Origin: a virus
IMG/VR virus record: IMGVR_UViG_3300020312_000068
Span: 1-64,000 of that record
DNA length: 64,000 nucleotides
Reading direction: 5' to 3' (one strand)
Within the stretch, counting starts at the first letter, position 1. Each line of letters begins with the position of its first letter. The position numbers and the translations under genes are program-made. Shown here one piece after another: positions 27,695 to 37,000 of this stretch. The notes below the pieces were generated by a model. The model had not been told where the DNA came from. It did no database searches and worked only from the letters and a program-made list of their open reading frames with translations.

Positions 27695-27904
27695 ATGGCA
27701 CTGTCTTCTTGGACACCGACCAACAACAAACCGAATCATCCCCACTACATGCCCAACAAGAAATGGAATTCTTACAAGCGATGGGTTGATGCAGGATTCA
27801 TCTTCTTTGATCGAATGGAATTCCATATGAGAGCATACCCGCCCATGAACTTTCGACCTAACACCAGCGGGCACAATATCATCACTCTCACCCGCCACTT
27901 CTAA
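27695..27904 (+). CDS. Hypothetical protein (69 aa)
   Basis: ATG 27695 lies after the promoter and leader hairpin; the ORF-track start at 27605 is upstream of the -10. Confidence 0.6.
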   Translation: MALSSWTPTNNKPNHPHYMPNKKWNSYKRWVDAGFIFFDRMEFHMRAYPPMNFRPNTSGHNIITLTRHF

Positions 27905-27960
27905 CCAGTTGGATTAGTGGCACACTCGACCCCTTCTAGGGGTCTTTTTTTGTGTATACT
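27905..27960 (+). promoter_or_regulatory. Palindrome plus -10 cassette with an intrinsic terminator in its spacer
   Basis: CCAG-TTGGATTA-GTGGCACAC; GACCCC-TTCTA-GGGGTC-T7; TATACT at 27955. Confidence 0.8.
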
Positions 27961-27986
27961 AAAAGAGTAAACAAACGAGATTCATT

Positions 27987-28298
27987 TTGCAGACTCATTC
28001 AATCACCCTCGGCATGAACATCCCAAACGAGGGCAAACTCACAAACCAAATGTGGGTCGATTTTCTAAACAGCGTTTCTGATCTTATCCCATATTGCACC
28101 ATACAGGATGCAGTCGGAATTTTCAAAGGCGAGGTTGAGCAAAGCAAAATCATCTCAATCACCGTGGACGAAAGAACCACAGGTGCAATGCACATGATCT
28201 CAAATCTTGAAAAGGTCGGGGACATGTACAAAAAACAGTTCAGGCAAGAATGCATAATGTATTCTATGACCAAGGTCGATAGTCTGACCTTCGCCTAG
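27987..28298 (+). CDS. DUF3574-like protein, candidate SAM lyase
   Basis: LG.NIP..G......W..FL, TIQDAVGIFKGEVEQS, YKKQFRQECIM; TTG start. Confidence 0.65.
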   Translation: MQTHSITLGMNIPNEGKLTNQMWVDFLNSVSDLIPYCTIQDAVGIFKGEVEQSKIISITVDERTTGAMHMISNLEKVGDMYKKQFRQECIMYSMTKVDSLTFA

Positions 28299-28354
28299 GA
28301 CAGTCAAGAGAGTGGCACACGTTGTCACTCTCTTTCCTTTTTTCCCTCTATAAT
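28298..28354 (+). promoter_or_regulatory. Palindrome plus -10 promoter cassette
   Basis: GGACAG-TCAAGAGA-GTGGCACAC; TATAAT at 28349. Confidence 0.85.
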
Positions 28355-28360
28355 GAATGT

Positions 28361-28540
28361 ATGAAAAACAAACTCATTCAAGGCGACGGTTTTCTTTGCT
28401 CTCCAGGTATGGAGGATTTCTGCAAAAGAATGGTCGCCCAAGAGAGACAACAAATGCAGATCGATGAAGAGATTCGTCTCGGACTAAGACCTGCCCCCAG
28501 TAGACACTTCGGATACTGGAACATAAGCGATAGACATTAA
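28361..28540 (+). CDS. Hypothetical protein, probably leaderless
   Basis: ATG 6 nt after TATAAT. Confidence 0.7.
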   Translation: MKNKLIQGDGFLCSPGMEDFCKRMVAQERQQMQIDEEIRLGLRPAPSRHFGYWNISDRH

Positions 28541-28588
28541 CGCTCTATCGCTTATAATTAAAACATCACACACAGGAGATTTCATTCT

Positions 28589-28774
28589 ATGGCATCATGG
28601 GCAGTACAACCCTCATCATGGGGTAACGAACTCAAAGCAAATGCAGAGTTTGGTTCTGACTTTGACCGCATCCAAGACATTGCTTATTCATGGGCAACTG
28701 AAATGGGTGAAGCGATGACAGTATGGAAGTGTGGGACAATCAGTGAATTTAAGTGGATGGAGGTAGATGCTTAA
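28589..28774 (+). CDS. Hypothetical protein
   Basis: AGGAG upstream; TATAAT at 28553. Confidence 0.7.
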   Translation: MASWAVQPSSWGNELKANAEFGSDFDRIQDIAYSWATEMGEAMTVWKCGTISEFKWMEVDA

Positions 28775-28835
28775 TGAACGCATCAACTCACGAACTCTTA
28801 TCAACTGACCCTTACATCAAATACTATTTTCTCTC

Positions 28836-28994
28836 ATGTCCCGATCAACAAGAACAGCAGTCCGTTATTGGACAAACCAGCAAAACAACCCGCGTTTACT
28901 CTGGTTCAACTCATTCCAAGAGGCAGTCGATCTTGTAGAGGGATTTCTCAAATGTGGTTACCGTGCTGAGATAGCACCGCCACATATCAGATAA
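28836..28994 (+). CDS. 52-aa hypothetical protein (MSRSTRTAVRYWT..CGYRAEI)
   Basis: Translated by hand. Confidence 0.65.
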   Translation: MSRSTRTAVRYWTNQQNNPRLLWFNSFQEAVDLVEGFLKCGYRAEIAPPHIR

Positions 28995-29119
28995 GGACAG
29001 TCGGGGGCGTTGCGCCCCCCCTGCCCCGTTTAAAAAGAGTCCCGTTCGTCTAACCTACAAAAGTGGGTACGTGCGGGATCGTTATATAGAAAATATTTTT
29101 TCTCAGAAATTTTTGCCCT

Positions 29120-29473
29120 ATGAGCGATCCGAATAAACTTAAACCAGGAAGTTACATAGACACTCAGGGAATGGGTGGTCCTATGACTCCAGAAGATCTT
29201 GCCAAATGGAAGGCATCTCCTGAGTATAAGAAACAGACTTACAAACCCGCCATTGTAAAACCTCGAAGACTATTCACAGATACTTACTGTAAGGAGATGT
29301 CAATATTAATCAACGAGGTACTTGACGCAAGGGAAGGTAAGATGGATTACACATCTTATTTCGATACAGAAGAATTCAAACATCCCGTAACAGAGGATGA
29401 ACCACCTTACAGTAGACCTATCACACATGACTTCGAGAAAAGAGTCCTCAGAAAAATGTTCCCCAAAGACTGA
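29120..29473 (+). CDS. Hypothetical protein
   Basis: ORF track. Confidence 0.7.
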   Translation: MSDPNKLKPGSYIDTQGMGGPMTPEDLAKWKASPEYKKQTYKPAIVKPRRLFTDTYCKEMSILINEVLDAREGKMDYTSYFDTEEFKHPVTEDEPPYSRPITHDFEKRVLRKMFPKD

Positions 29474-29672
29474 GCATACATTCACCTTTACGGATGAACA
29501 ATTATTATGTCTACAAGTATGCTTACAGAATGCTCCGACACCATATCATATCTCTAAGAAGAAGATAGTTGGTGATCTTGAAGGTATAATAGGTAAACCA
29601 CCTGTCGTCAAGCATCCCCCCTTAAAGGTTGCTAAGTACGATCTATCAAAATATGGGATAACTGATCAATGA
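29457..29672 (+). CDS. Hypothetical protein (..LQVCLQNAPTPY..); start uncertain
   Basis: ORF track 29397-29672, ATGA-coupled to purN; start coordinate is approximate. Confidence 0.5.
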   Translation, partial: CSPKTEHTFTFTDEQLLCLQVCLQNAPTPYHISKKKIVGDLEGIIGKPPVVKHPPLKVAKYDLSKYGITDQ

Positions 29673-30217
29673 GAATAGCAGTACTCTGTTCAGGTTCTGG
29701 TACTAACTTCGAGAACCTCGTAACACAATGCCCTGAGCATGACTTTGTGCTTATGATTTATAATAAAGAAGATTGTGGAGCAATAAAAAGAGCAGACCGC
29801 CTCGGAATACCCCACATACACCTAACAAGTAGGGAAGAAAATGAGATGATAGCACTCTTGACGAACATCAATGTAGAATTAGTTGTACTCGCAGGGTGGA
29901 TGAGGGTGCTATCTTCCGAATTTATCAAAGCATTTCCAAGGCAGATCATTAATATACACCCAAGTCTCTTGCCAAAGTACAAAGGCTTACATGCTATACA
30001 GCAAGCATTAGACGCTGGAGACAATATTACTGGTTGTACTGTTCATTATGTCACTGAAGAATTAGATTCTGGTGAAATAATAGACCAATCACATGTCCAT
30101 ATCTCTAAGGAAGACACTCTAGAGACTCTAACACAACGTGTACAACGTGCTGAACACCGATTGTTACCGTTAGTTGTTAAGCAAATCGAAAGAAATTATG
30201 AATTTGTGTTGAATTGA
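29669..30217 (+). CDS. purN: Phosphoribosylglycinamide formyltransferase
   Basis: SGSGTN, LAGWMRVL, INIHPSLLPKYKG, GCTVHYVTEELDSG, AEHRL. Confidence 0.96.
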   Translation: MRIAVLCSGSGTNFENLVTQCPEHDFVLMIYNKEDCGAIKRADRLGIPHIHLTSREENEMIALLTNINVELVVLAGWMRVLSSEFIKAFPRQIINIHPSLLPKYKGLHAIQQALDAGDNITGCTVHYVTEELDSGEIIDQSHVHISKEDTLETLTQRVQRAEHRLLPLVVKQIERNYEFVLN

Positions 30218-30227
30218 ACAAATAATG

Positions 30228-30236
30228 TGTTATAAT
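30228..30236 (+). promoter_or_regulatory. Extended -10 promoter TGnTATAAT
   Basis: TGTTATAAT with TTGAAT 16 nt upstream of the -10. Confidence 0.65.
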
Positions 30237-30261
30237 TACTTGTACAGACCTATACAAACGG

Positions 30262-30471
30262 ATGATTAATCTCGATGAGAAGTATCATAGTTACCTTGGA
30301 GGCAGCAAAACCTTCAAAATTGATGGTGTTAACGAACCCTTAATGGGTTATGGTTATCATTGCGACGGAAATGACATCAAAGGGTACTATGTAACCACAA
30401 CAAACTACAAATTATTCTATAATATGAATGAGCAGTTCATAAAAATGGAGGCTCTCCGTGGAAACGAATGA
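30262..30471 (+). CDS. Cyanophage-type hypothetical protein (MINLDEKYHSYL..)
   Basis: ORF behind promoter. Confidence 0.7.
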   Translation: MINLDEKYHSYLGGSKTFKIDGVNEPLMGYGYHCDGNDIKGYYVTTTNYKLFYNMNEQFIKMEALRGNE

Positions 30472-30742
30472 TACAATGCAACTTCTCCTGGCTCTAAAGA
30501 GTCAGGTAGAAGCACTTGAGAAGAGATTAAACGATATGGAGCTTCTTATGAAGCGTCCAGGTCATGAAGAGTATGAGAAATTAGTCGATGTTGTGCTAGA
30601 ACACGACAAAGATCTCCATGATCCTGTCTATTTGCATGACATGCAAGACAAATACTTTGATTGTGTAGCAGCCTGTGACCCAAATGCTCAGGAAGAATCC
30701 TGTGAAACCGTTTGTAAACCTATTTTAGAGACACATGAGTAA
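30458..30742 (+). CDS. Hypothetical coiled-coil protein with Cys-rich tail
   Basis: ORF track, GGAGG upstream. Confidence 0.65.
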   Translation: METNDTMQLLLALKSQVEALEKRLNDMELLMKRPGHEEYEKLVDVVLEHDKDLHDPVYLHDMQDKYFDCVAACDPNAQEESCETVCKPILETHE

Positions 30743-30920
30743 TACAGAAAAGTTCTATCACATATATTACGGGAAAAAACCAATATTTAAAGCGTTAAAC
30801 GAAGAAGAATATGAATTTATCTGGGAAAAACTGATGTGGGTCTATAATGATGACATAAGTTTCGTAGAATTTGAAGAATCTAGAGATGATAAAGCAGAAT
30901 TAGCGGAATCTTCGTTCTGA
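30735..30920 (+). CDS. Hypothetical protein
   Basis: ORF track. Confidence 0.65.
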   Translation: MSNTEKFYHIYYGKKPIFKALNEEEYEFIWEKLMWVYNDDISFVEFEESRDDKAELAESSF

Positions 30921-30988
30921 AACCCAAAAAAATCGCGAAAAATCGCGTCGTTCGACTCTAAATATTTCAAAAATAGGGCGAAAATCCT

Positions 30989-31207
30989 ATGGAAGCAGAA
31001 TTTCAAGCCTTAGAAGGCGATTTTACCATAAAAATTGGTAGAGAGTTGCATAATTACTCTAAAATTTCGGATATTCCCGAAAAATTTGACCATTTGATCA
31101 AGTTTATACCAAATATTCCCGAAAGTCCTCATAGTGAAGAGGATCACGAGCACATTCACAAGTTCACTGACTTCATACATATGTTACAGAGTAGAGAACA
31201 GAAGTAA
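30989..31207 (+). CDS. Hypothetical protein (IPEKFDHLIKF.P..P..PHSEEDH)
   Basis: Late-like CTAAATA at 30958; abuts the PAAR gene. Confidence 0.75.
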   Translation: MEAEFQALEGDFTIKIGRELHNYSKISDIPEKFDHLIKFIPNIPESPHSEEDHEHIHKFTDFIHMLQSREQK

Positions 31208-31492
31208 ATGCCTGCAGTTACAAGAATTGGAGACGCAGATGTCTCTCATTGTTCTGGAATGACCAGAGCAGAGGGATCTCCTAACGTCTACTGTAATAAT
31301 ATACCAATATCTCGTCAGGGGGATGTTAATACTTCTCACCTATTACCTGCTCCTATATGTCCTTCCCATGCGGTTGCTATTACAACAGGTAGTACAACCG
31401 TATTTGTAAATGGCAAAGGATGTGGTAGAGTAGGTGATGCTACATGTACCTCTGTTGCAGAGGGATCTGATAATGTATTTGCTGGAGGTTAA
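31208..31492 (+). CDS. gp5.4: PAAR spike-tip protein
   Basis: MPAVTRIGD..H, GS.NV..N..P..RQGD, GS.TVFVNGKGCGRVGD. Confidence 0.92.
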   Translation: MPAVTRIGDADVSHCSGMTRAEGSPNVYCNNIPISRQGDVNTSHLLPAPICPSHAVAITTGSTTVFVNGKGCGRVGDATCTSVAEGSDNVFAGG

Positions 31493-31494
31493 TT

Positions 31495-31641
31495 ATGGCT
31501 AAAACAAAAGGAACTTGGATGAACACCAATACTATTGAGGCGAAACCAAAGAAAACGAGACAGGGAAACTCTAAAAATTCCAAATATAGTGCTACTGCAA
31601 GGAACCATGCCAGAAAACAATACAAAGGGCAAGGCAAATAG
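31495..31641 (+). CDS. 48-aa basic protein (..KPKKTRQG..K..KYSAT.RN..RK.YKGQGK)
   Basis: Translated by hand; 2 nt after the PAAR stop. Confidence 0.75.
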   Translation: MAKTKGTWMNTNTIEAKPKKTRQGNSKNSKYSATARNHARKQYKGQGK

Positions 31642-31810
31642 AATAATTAACGGTGTAAGGAACCATAATGTTCCCGTAGATATGGGTGATAACTTCTACG
31701 AGAACGGAAATGAGTACTGCAAGTACCTTATTACAGACCCCAGAAGCGATGTCTATCTGCGGAACTCGAAAAAAGTGTCTAAATAGATTGAGGTCGATTA
31801 ATATTAAGGA

Positions 31811-32203
31811 ATGGCAGTAACGAGTAGCCGTACGTTCAAGGATTTTGACCTTACATTTAGGCGCAATCCTATTACGAACGACGTAAATACTCTTAAGAAT
31901 GAAAACGCTATCAAAGAGTCTGTAAAGAACATTGTTCGATACAACTTTTATGAGAAGCCTTTTCTGCCGAATTATGGTGGCAACGTATATGGTGCCCTAT
32001 TTGAGTTATATGATGCCCGTAGTTCAGGATTACTTGAAGCACAGATCCAGAACTGTATAAACAACTACGAACCACGAGTCGTTTGCTATAACGTCATCAC
32101 AGCGTTTGATGAGGATTATAATGACTTACGTGTGGAGATATATTATCTAATTACAGGTCTTCCTAATATAATAGACACCTTGGAGGTAATACTGAAGCGG
32201 TAA
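31811..32203 (+). CDS. gp25: Baseplate wedge subunit gp25
   Basis: FKDFDLTF..NPIT.D, AIKESVKNI, EKPF.P.YG, YEPRV; CTAAATA at 31779. Confidence 0.93.
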   Translation: MAVTSSRTFKDFDLTFRRNPITNDVNTLKNENAIKESVKNIVRYNFYEKPFLPNYGGNVYGALFELYDARSSGLLEAQIQNCINNYEPRVVCYNVITAFDEDYNDLRVEIYYLITGLPNIIDTLEVILKR

Positions 32204-34074
32204 TGGCACTTACACAAGTAAACTCGTTAGAATTTAACGAGATCAAGGCACAATTAATCGATTATTTGAAGGGTCAGAGTGAATTCTCTGATTATGACTT
32301 CGAGGGATCCTCATTGTCCATTCTTTTAGACGTATTAGCATATAATTCTTACTATTCTGCGGTCAACGCAAACCTATTAGTCAATGAGAACTTCCTAGAC
32401 ACTGCTGTTTTACGTGAGAACGTTGTAAAACTAGCTAAGTTGATAGGATATACCCCTAGAAGTGCTAGAAGTGCCCGTGCGACCTTTACAGTGAAGGTAC
32501 AGACCACTTATGGTAGTGGTGCCAATGGGCGTGGGTATCCTCAGAGTGTTCAGATCAATAAAGGGATCTTCGTTTCCTTCGTAGGGACTGAAGGTAACTT
32601 CATTTTCTCCATTCCTAAAGATTTAATTGTATCCGTTAATACATTAGACGGTGTTGCGACCTTTAATGGTGTCGTAGCATATGAAGGTGTCTTTATAACT
32701 GATACATTCAGGAAAGAGAGTAGTGAGAGACAAAGATTTATCTTAGCAAACGAAACTGCTGACACTTCTTCAATGTCAGTGGAAATTACACGTGGAACTC
32801 TAACAGATGCTTATCTACAGGGTGACGATATCACTGCTATAAACAATGTTAGCAAAGTATTCTTCTTAGAGGAGTCAGAATACAAGAGACCAGAACTTAT
32901 TTTCGGTGATGGGATACTTGGAGAGGCATTAGTCAATGGAGACGTTATAGAAGCGACCTATACGACCTCTCAGGGCAATGGAGCGAACGGTTTGACCTCA
33001 TATTCCTTCGCAGGTACTATTAAGGACTCTCAGAACCAACCTATTACCTCTGGAATCACTCTGACACTCGATGCTGTACCCGATGGTGGTGCTGCTAAGG
33101 AAACTATTGACTCAATTAAGTATTCTGCGCCAAAATTCTACTCTGCTTTCGGTAGAGCAGTTACTACAAAGGATTATGAAGCTATAATTCCCCAAATTTA
33201 CCCAAATGTCCAATCTATTGTTGCTTTTGGCGGGGAAGAGGCAGATCCTCCAGAATACGGTAAAGTGATTGTTGTCATTAAGCCGAAAAACGCGGATAAA
33301 CTGTCTATTTCCGAAAAAGACGCTGTTCAGAAGAAAATTCGCTCTTATTCGGTTGGAGCAGTTGAACCAAAGGTAATGGATCCGTCAATTTTGTATATTG
33401 ACTTGGTTTCATTCGTTTATTTCAACCCAAACATCACTAGACGCACTCAAGAGGAAATTTCTCAAATTGTTTACCGCAATTTAGAGGCATTAAACCTTGC
33501 TGCTGAGTTTAATAAGTTTGGTGGCAAATTTAAGTATTCTAAAGTCCAGAAAATCATTGATGAGGCTGAACCAGCGATTACATCAAACATTACTAGAGTT
33601 AGAATGCGTAAAAACGTACCTGTGACGCTAAGTCAGCGTTTTAACTACAAGGTATGTTTTGGAAACAGAATTAATGCTCAATTAGAAACTCCTACGTTCG
33701 AGACTAACGGTTTTAAACGTGCTGACGGAGGAAATACAGTATTTTACCTAAATGACGATGGTTTGGGTACTGTACGTCTATTCTCGGTCAACGCAGACGG
33801 TTCTAAGTCGTATGTGGGCGGTAATTGGGGCACAGTTGATTATACGATGGGAGAAGTGACTATTAATGACCTTATTATTACTGAGGTTGTTAATTCAACT
33901 GATAATATCATTCAGTTCTCTGTTGTACCTGAATCTAATGACTTAATCTCTCTCAGAGAGACCTATTTGACAATAGGTATAGATAATCTTGTTGTTAATG
34001 TTATTGATGACGAAATTTCCAGTGGTAGCAATACGTCTGGAACAGGCATAATCCCAGAATCAAGTTATAGTTAA
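32203..34074 (+). CDS. gp6: Baseplate wedge subunit gp6
   Basis: FSDYDFEGSSLSILLDVLAYN, E.FLDTA.LRENVV, RAVT..DYE, PPEYGKV. Confidence 0.95.
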   Translation: MALTQVNSLEFNEIKAQLIDYLKGQSEFSDYDFEGSSLSILLDVLAYNSYYSAVNANLLVNENFLDTAVLRENVVKLAKLIGYTPRSARSARATFTVKVQTTYGSGANGRGYPQSVQINKGIFVSFVGTEGNFIFSIPKDLIVSVNTLDGVATFNGVVAYEGVFITDTFRKESSERQRFILANETADTSSMSVEITRGTLTDAYLQGDDITAINNVSKVFFLEESEYKRPELIFGDGILGEALVNGDVIEATYTTSQGNGANGLTSYSFAGTIKDSQNQPITSGITLTLDAVPDGGAAKETIDSIKYSAPKFYSAFGRAVTTKDYEAIIPQIYPNVQSIVAFGGEEADPPEYGKVIVVIKPKNADKLSISEKDAVQKKIRSYSVGAVEPKVMDPSILYIDLVSFVYFNPNITRRTQEEISQIVYRNLEALNLAAEFNKFGGKFKYSKVQKIIDEAEPAITSNITRVRMRKNVPVTLSQRFNYKVCFGNRINAQLETPTFETNGFKRADGGNTVFYLNDDGLGTVRLFSVNADGSKSYVGGNWGTVDYTMGEVTINDLIITEVVNSTDNIIQFSVVPESNDLISLRETYLTIGIDNLVVNVIDDEISSGSNTSGTGIIPESSYS

Positions 34075-34077
34075 TCC

Positions 34078-37000
34078 ATGCCAGTAGAGCAATCCTCGTG
34101 GAAGGTAGCGTCGTGGGTCACCCCCTCAACTCAGGTAACAGGTGACCTAATTGACTCTACCGTATCACCAGAAAGTAGATCTAGAATTTCCGATAGAATT
34201 GAGGAACAGATTCCTCAGTTTATCAGAGAAGATTATGGTGACTTTGTTACCTTCCTTAAGTATTACTATAAGGGATTAGAGTTAAAGGGCAATCCAGTTG
34301 ATATTGTCCAGAATATAGATGAATACTACAATATAGACAAGTTAAATGAACTTGTAGAGAAGACTACATCGTCATCTGGGATAACTTCTACTACAACTAC
34401 CATTGACGTTGCTAATACTAGGGACTTCCCGTCTGAAGGATTGGTAATGATCGATGATGAGATCATATACTACTCAAGTAAGTCTCAGACCCAGTTAAAG
34501 GGGTGTACAAGAGGGTTTCACGCAACAACTAAGGTAGGTACCCTTAAGGAATTTACATTCACTTCATCTATAGCAGCATCACATGACTTTGGTGCTGATG
34601 TAATCAACCTAAACAACCTATTACCTCTATTTTTACTCCAAAGGTTCAGAGATCAGTTTTCTGCGTCTTTCCCATCGAAGTTTGCCGAAGGAATACAGCA
34701 ATCTTCCGTTACTAAGCGTCTTAAGGACTTCTATGCTGCTAAAGGTACTTCTCGTTCCTTTAAGTATCTCATTAGAGTGCTATTTGGCGTAGAGTCAACT
34801 ATACAGTATCCAAAAGAGAGAATTTTTAAGCCATCTGACGCATTCTACACTGTCAGAGAGGTTATTCGTGCTACAGCAATATCTGGTAACCCAGTAGAGC
34901 TAACTGGAGAGGTTTTATACCAAGCAAACGATCCAAATGACCCAAATGTCAACGATGCGCGGATTTATGTTAAATCTGTAGTTGAAGTCTTCACCGAAGA
35001 TGGAAAAATCTACGAATTGGACGTAGATACGGAAAATGGTGCTGGAACGTTCACTACTCCGTACAAATCAATCCTTACTGAAGATGTAAGCTCCAATTTA
35101 GACGAAGATGTCATTTCTGTTGACTCTACTATCGGTTGGCCTGAGAAAAACAGTAGTTTCCGTGTTAATAACGAGATTATTGAATATACTGACAAAACAG
35201 TTACTCAATTCCTTGGTTGTACCCGTGCTAGACAGAATACGACCAATGCTCCTCATATTGCGGGTTCTGAAGTCAGTTCATCCTTTGAAATTTACGGATA
35301 TTCCAATAGAGACCAAACTAAGATCAGTTTGAAGGTTTATGGCGGTACTAGAGGTGTTGAACTTGTTTCTGGCGGTAGATATTACCTTCAAGACTCAAAA
35401 GTCACTACTCCTGCTGCTCCAGGCTTCGATTCACTCGATCCCCTCTGGGATAGCTTCGTTTATAACGTTAAGAAGCTTGTAAACGCAACTGGGGCGGTTT
35501 TAGACGCTCCTAACAACGATGGAAGCGTTGTAGTTACAATAAGTACGGATCAAGACCATTTCTTCAAGCGTGACGACATAGTTACGATTTTAAACGCTCC
35601 AGAAGACGTATATAACTCACAATTCCGAGTTTTGGGTGTTGGTAGCAATCAAAGCTTCCAAATCCTACTTCCTTCGACTCCAATCGCAGGAGTTAACCAA
35701 ACTTTCCTCTGTGCGCGAGAATTTGCGAAATCTACGTCTTCAGACACTTCAATTCGCACAAAAGTCGAAAATACGCCTTCTGACGTTCAAAATGTCTATA
35801 GATCTTCTGAAAACGCGATTATTGCGTCTCCAGGAATTCCTGGACACGAAATCGGTCCATTTGGAGCTGGAGATCTAGATCCAGGCAATCAACGCTATTT
35901 GAAGCGAATTCCGCTTACTACAATCACAAAATCGATAAAAACGGCAACTCCAGTCGGTCAAGTCGGAATTGGCGTTAATGGAGTTCCATTTTTCTCATAT
36001 AAGTCGGAAAACACGAAATTATACGGTGGAGTCAAATCTATTACCGTTATTAACCCAGGTGACGGATATGACATCACAAATCCACCAATAGTTGAATTTG
36101 AACCTATATGGCGTGCTGGAACCAATTTTAACCTTAATCAAAGAATTAGAAACAGTTTAGGATACAGATATAAGAATATCGGTAGTGGAAAGAGTGCTGA
36201 ACTTGGTAGTGAGCCAACTCATACAAATGCTAACTTAGTACAAGATGGTTCTTGTATATGGCAATATGAGGGTATATCTGCTGAGGCAACTGTTAGTGTG
36301 TCTGGTCGTGTATATGCTATCAACGTAACTAACGGTGGTTCTGGATATACATCTGTACCTACAGTGTCTATTACAGGTGGTGGTGGGACTACACAGGCAT
36401 CTGCTACTGCTACGGTTACTAATGGTGTCGTTAATGCCATCTCAGTGACTGCTGAAGGTACTGGGTATACATCTGCCCCCACAGTCACTATTACTGGTGG
36501 TGGAGGCATCGATGCGACTGCTACAGCAGTTGTTCGTGGTGGATTGACCGCTGAGGGTATTACAATAACAAATCCTGGATCTAACTATGATACTAGACCA
36601 TTTGTTACTCTAATATCAGGTAGTGGTGCTGTTGCTTATCCATCTATTGTTAATGGTAGAATTGTTTCTATCATCCTGACATTTGGTGGTAGTAACTACT
36701 ATGGTCCTCCTGACGTTGTTATTACTGGTGATGGTGTTGGTGCTGTTGCTTTTGCGACTATTGATGGAAGTACCCAGACAGTTACCTCTGTTACTGTCAC
36801 TAATGGTGGTATTGGATATACTGCTGGTAAAACATTTGTAAATATCGTTTATCCAGGATCTGGTGCTACTTTCCAGGTTGAACTTCCAATATTAACCGAA
36901 AATACTGCTGCTACTCCAGAAGAACTTGGTGTAACTACAAATGAACTTGTAGCACCTAAAACAGCTGACCTTAATAATGGAGTTTCCATTAAAGGTGCTA

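Noticed and set aside
19089-28354. Repeated palindromes as a CRISPR array or integron attC sites
   Set aside because: Irregular spacing, variable sequence, each tied to a -10 box; no cas or integrase gene in the window
28523-28558. Inverted repeat ATAAGCGATAG/CTATCGCTTAT as an intrinsic terminator
   Set aside because: No U-tract and a long loop; it overlaps a TATAAT, so it is more likely promoter-associated, function unresolved
5656-30217. purN, cpeT and multiple 2OG-Fe(II) oxygenases as novel auxiliary genes
   Set aside because: Established cyanomyovirus gene families
31535-31786. 83-aa ORF as called in the track
   Set aside because: Its 5' half overlaps the more credible 31495-31641 gene; only a short 3' part (from about 31682) may be coding
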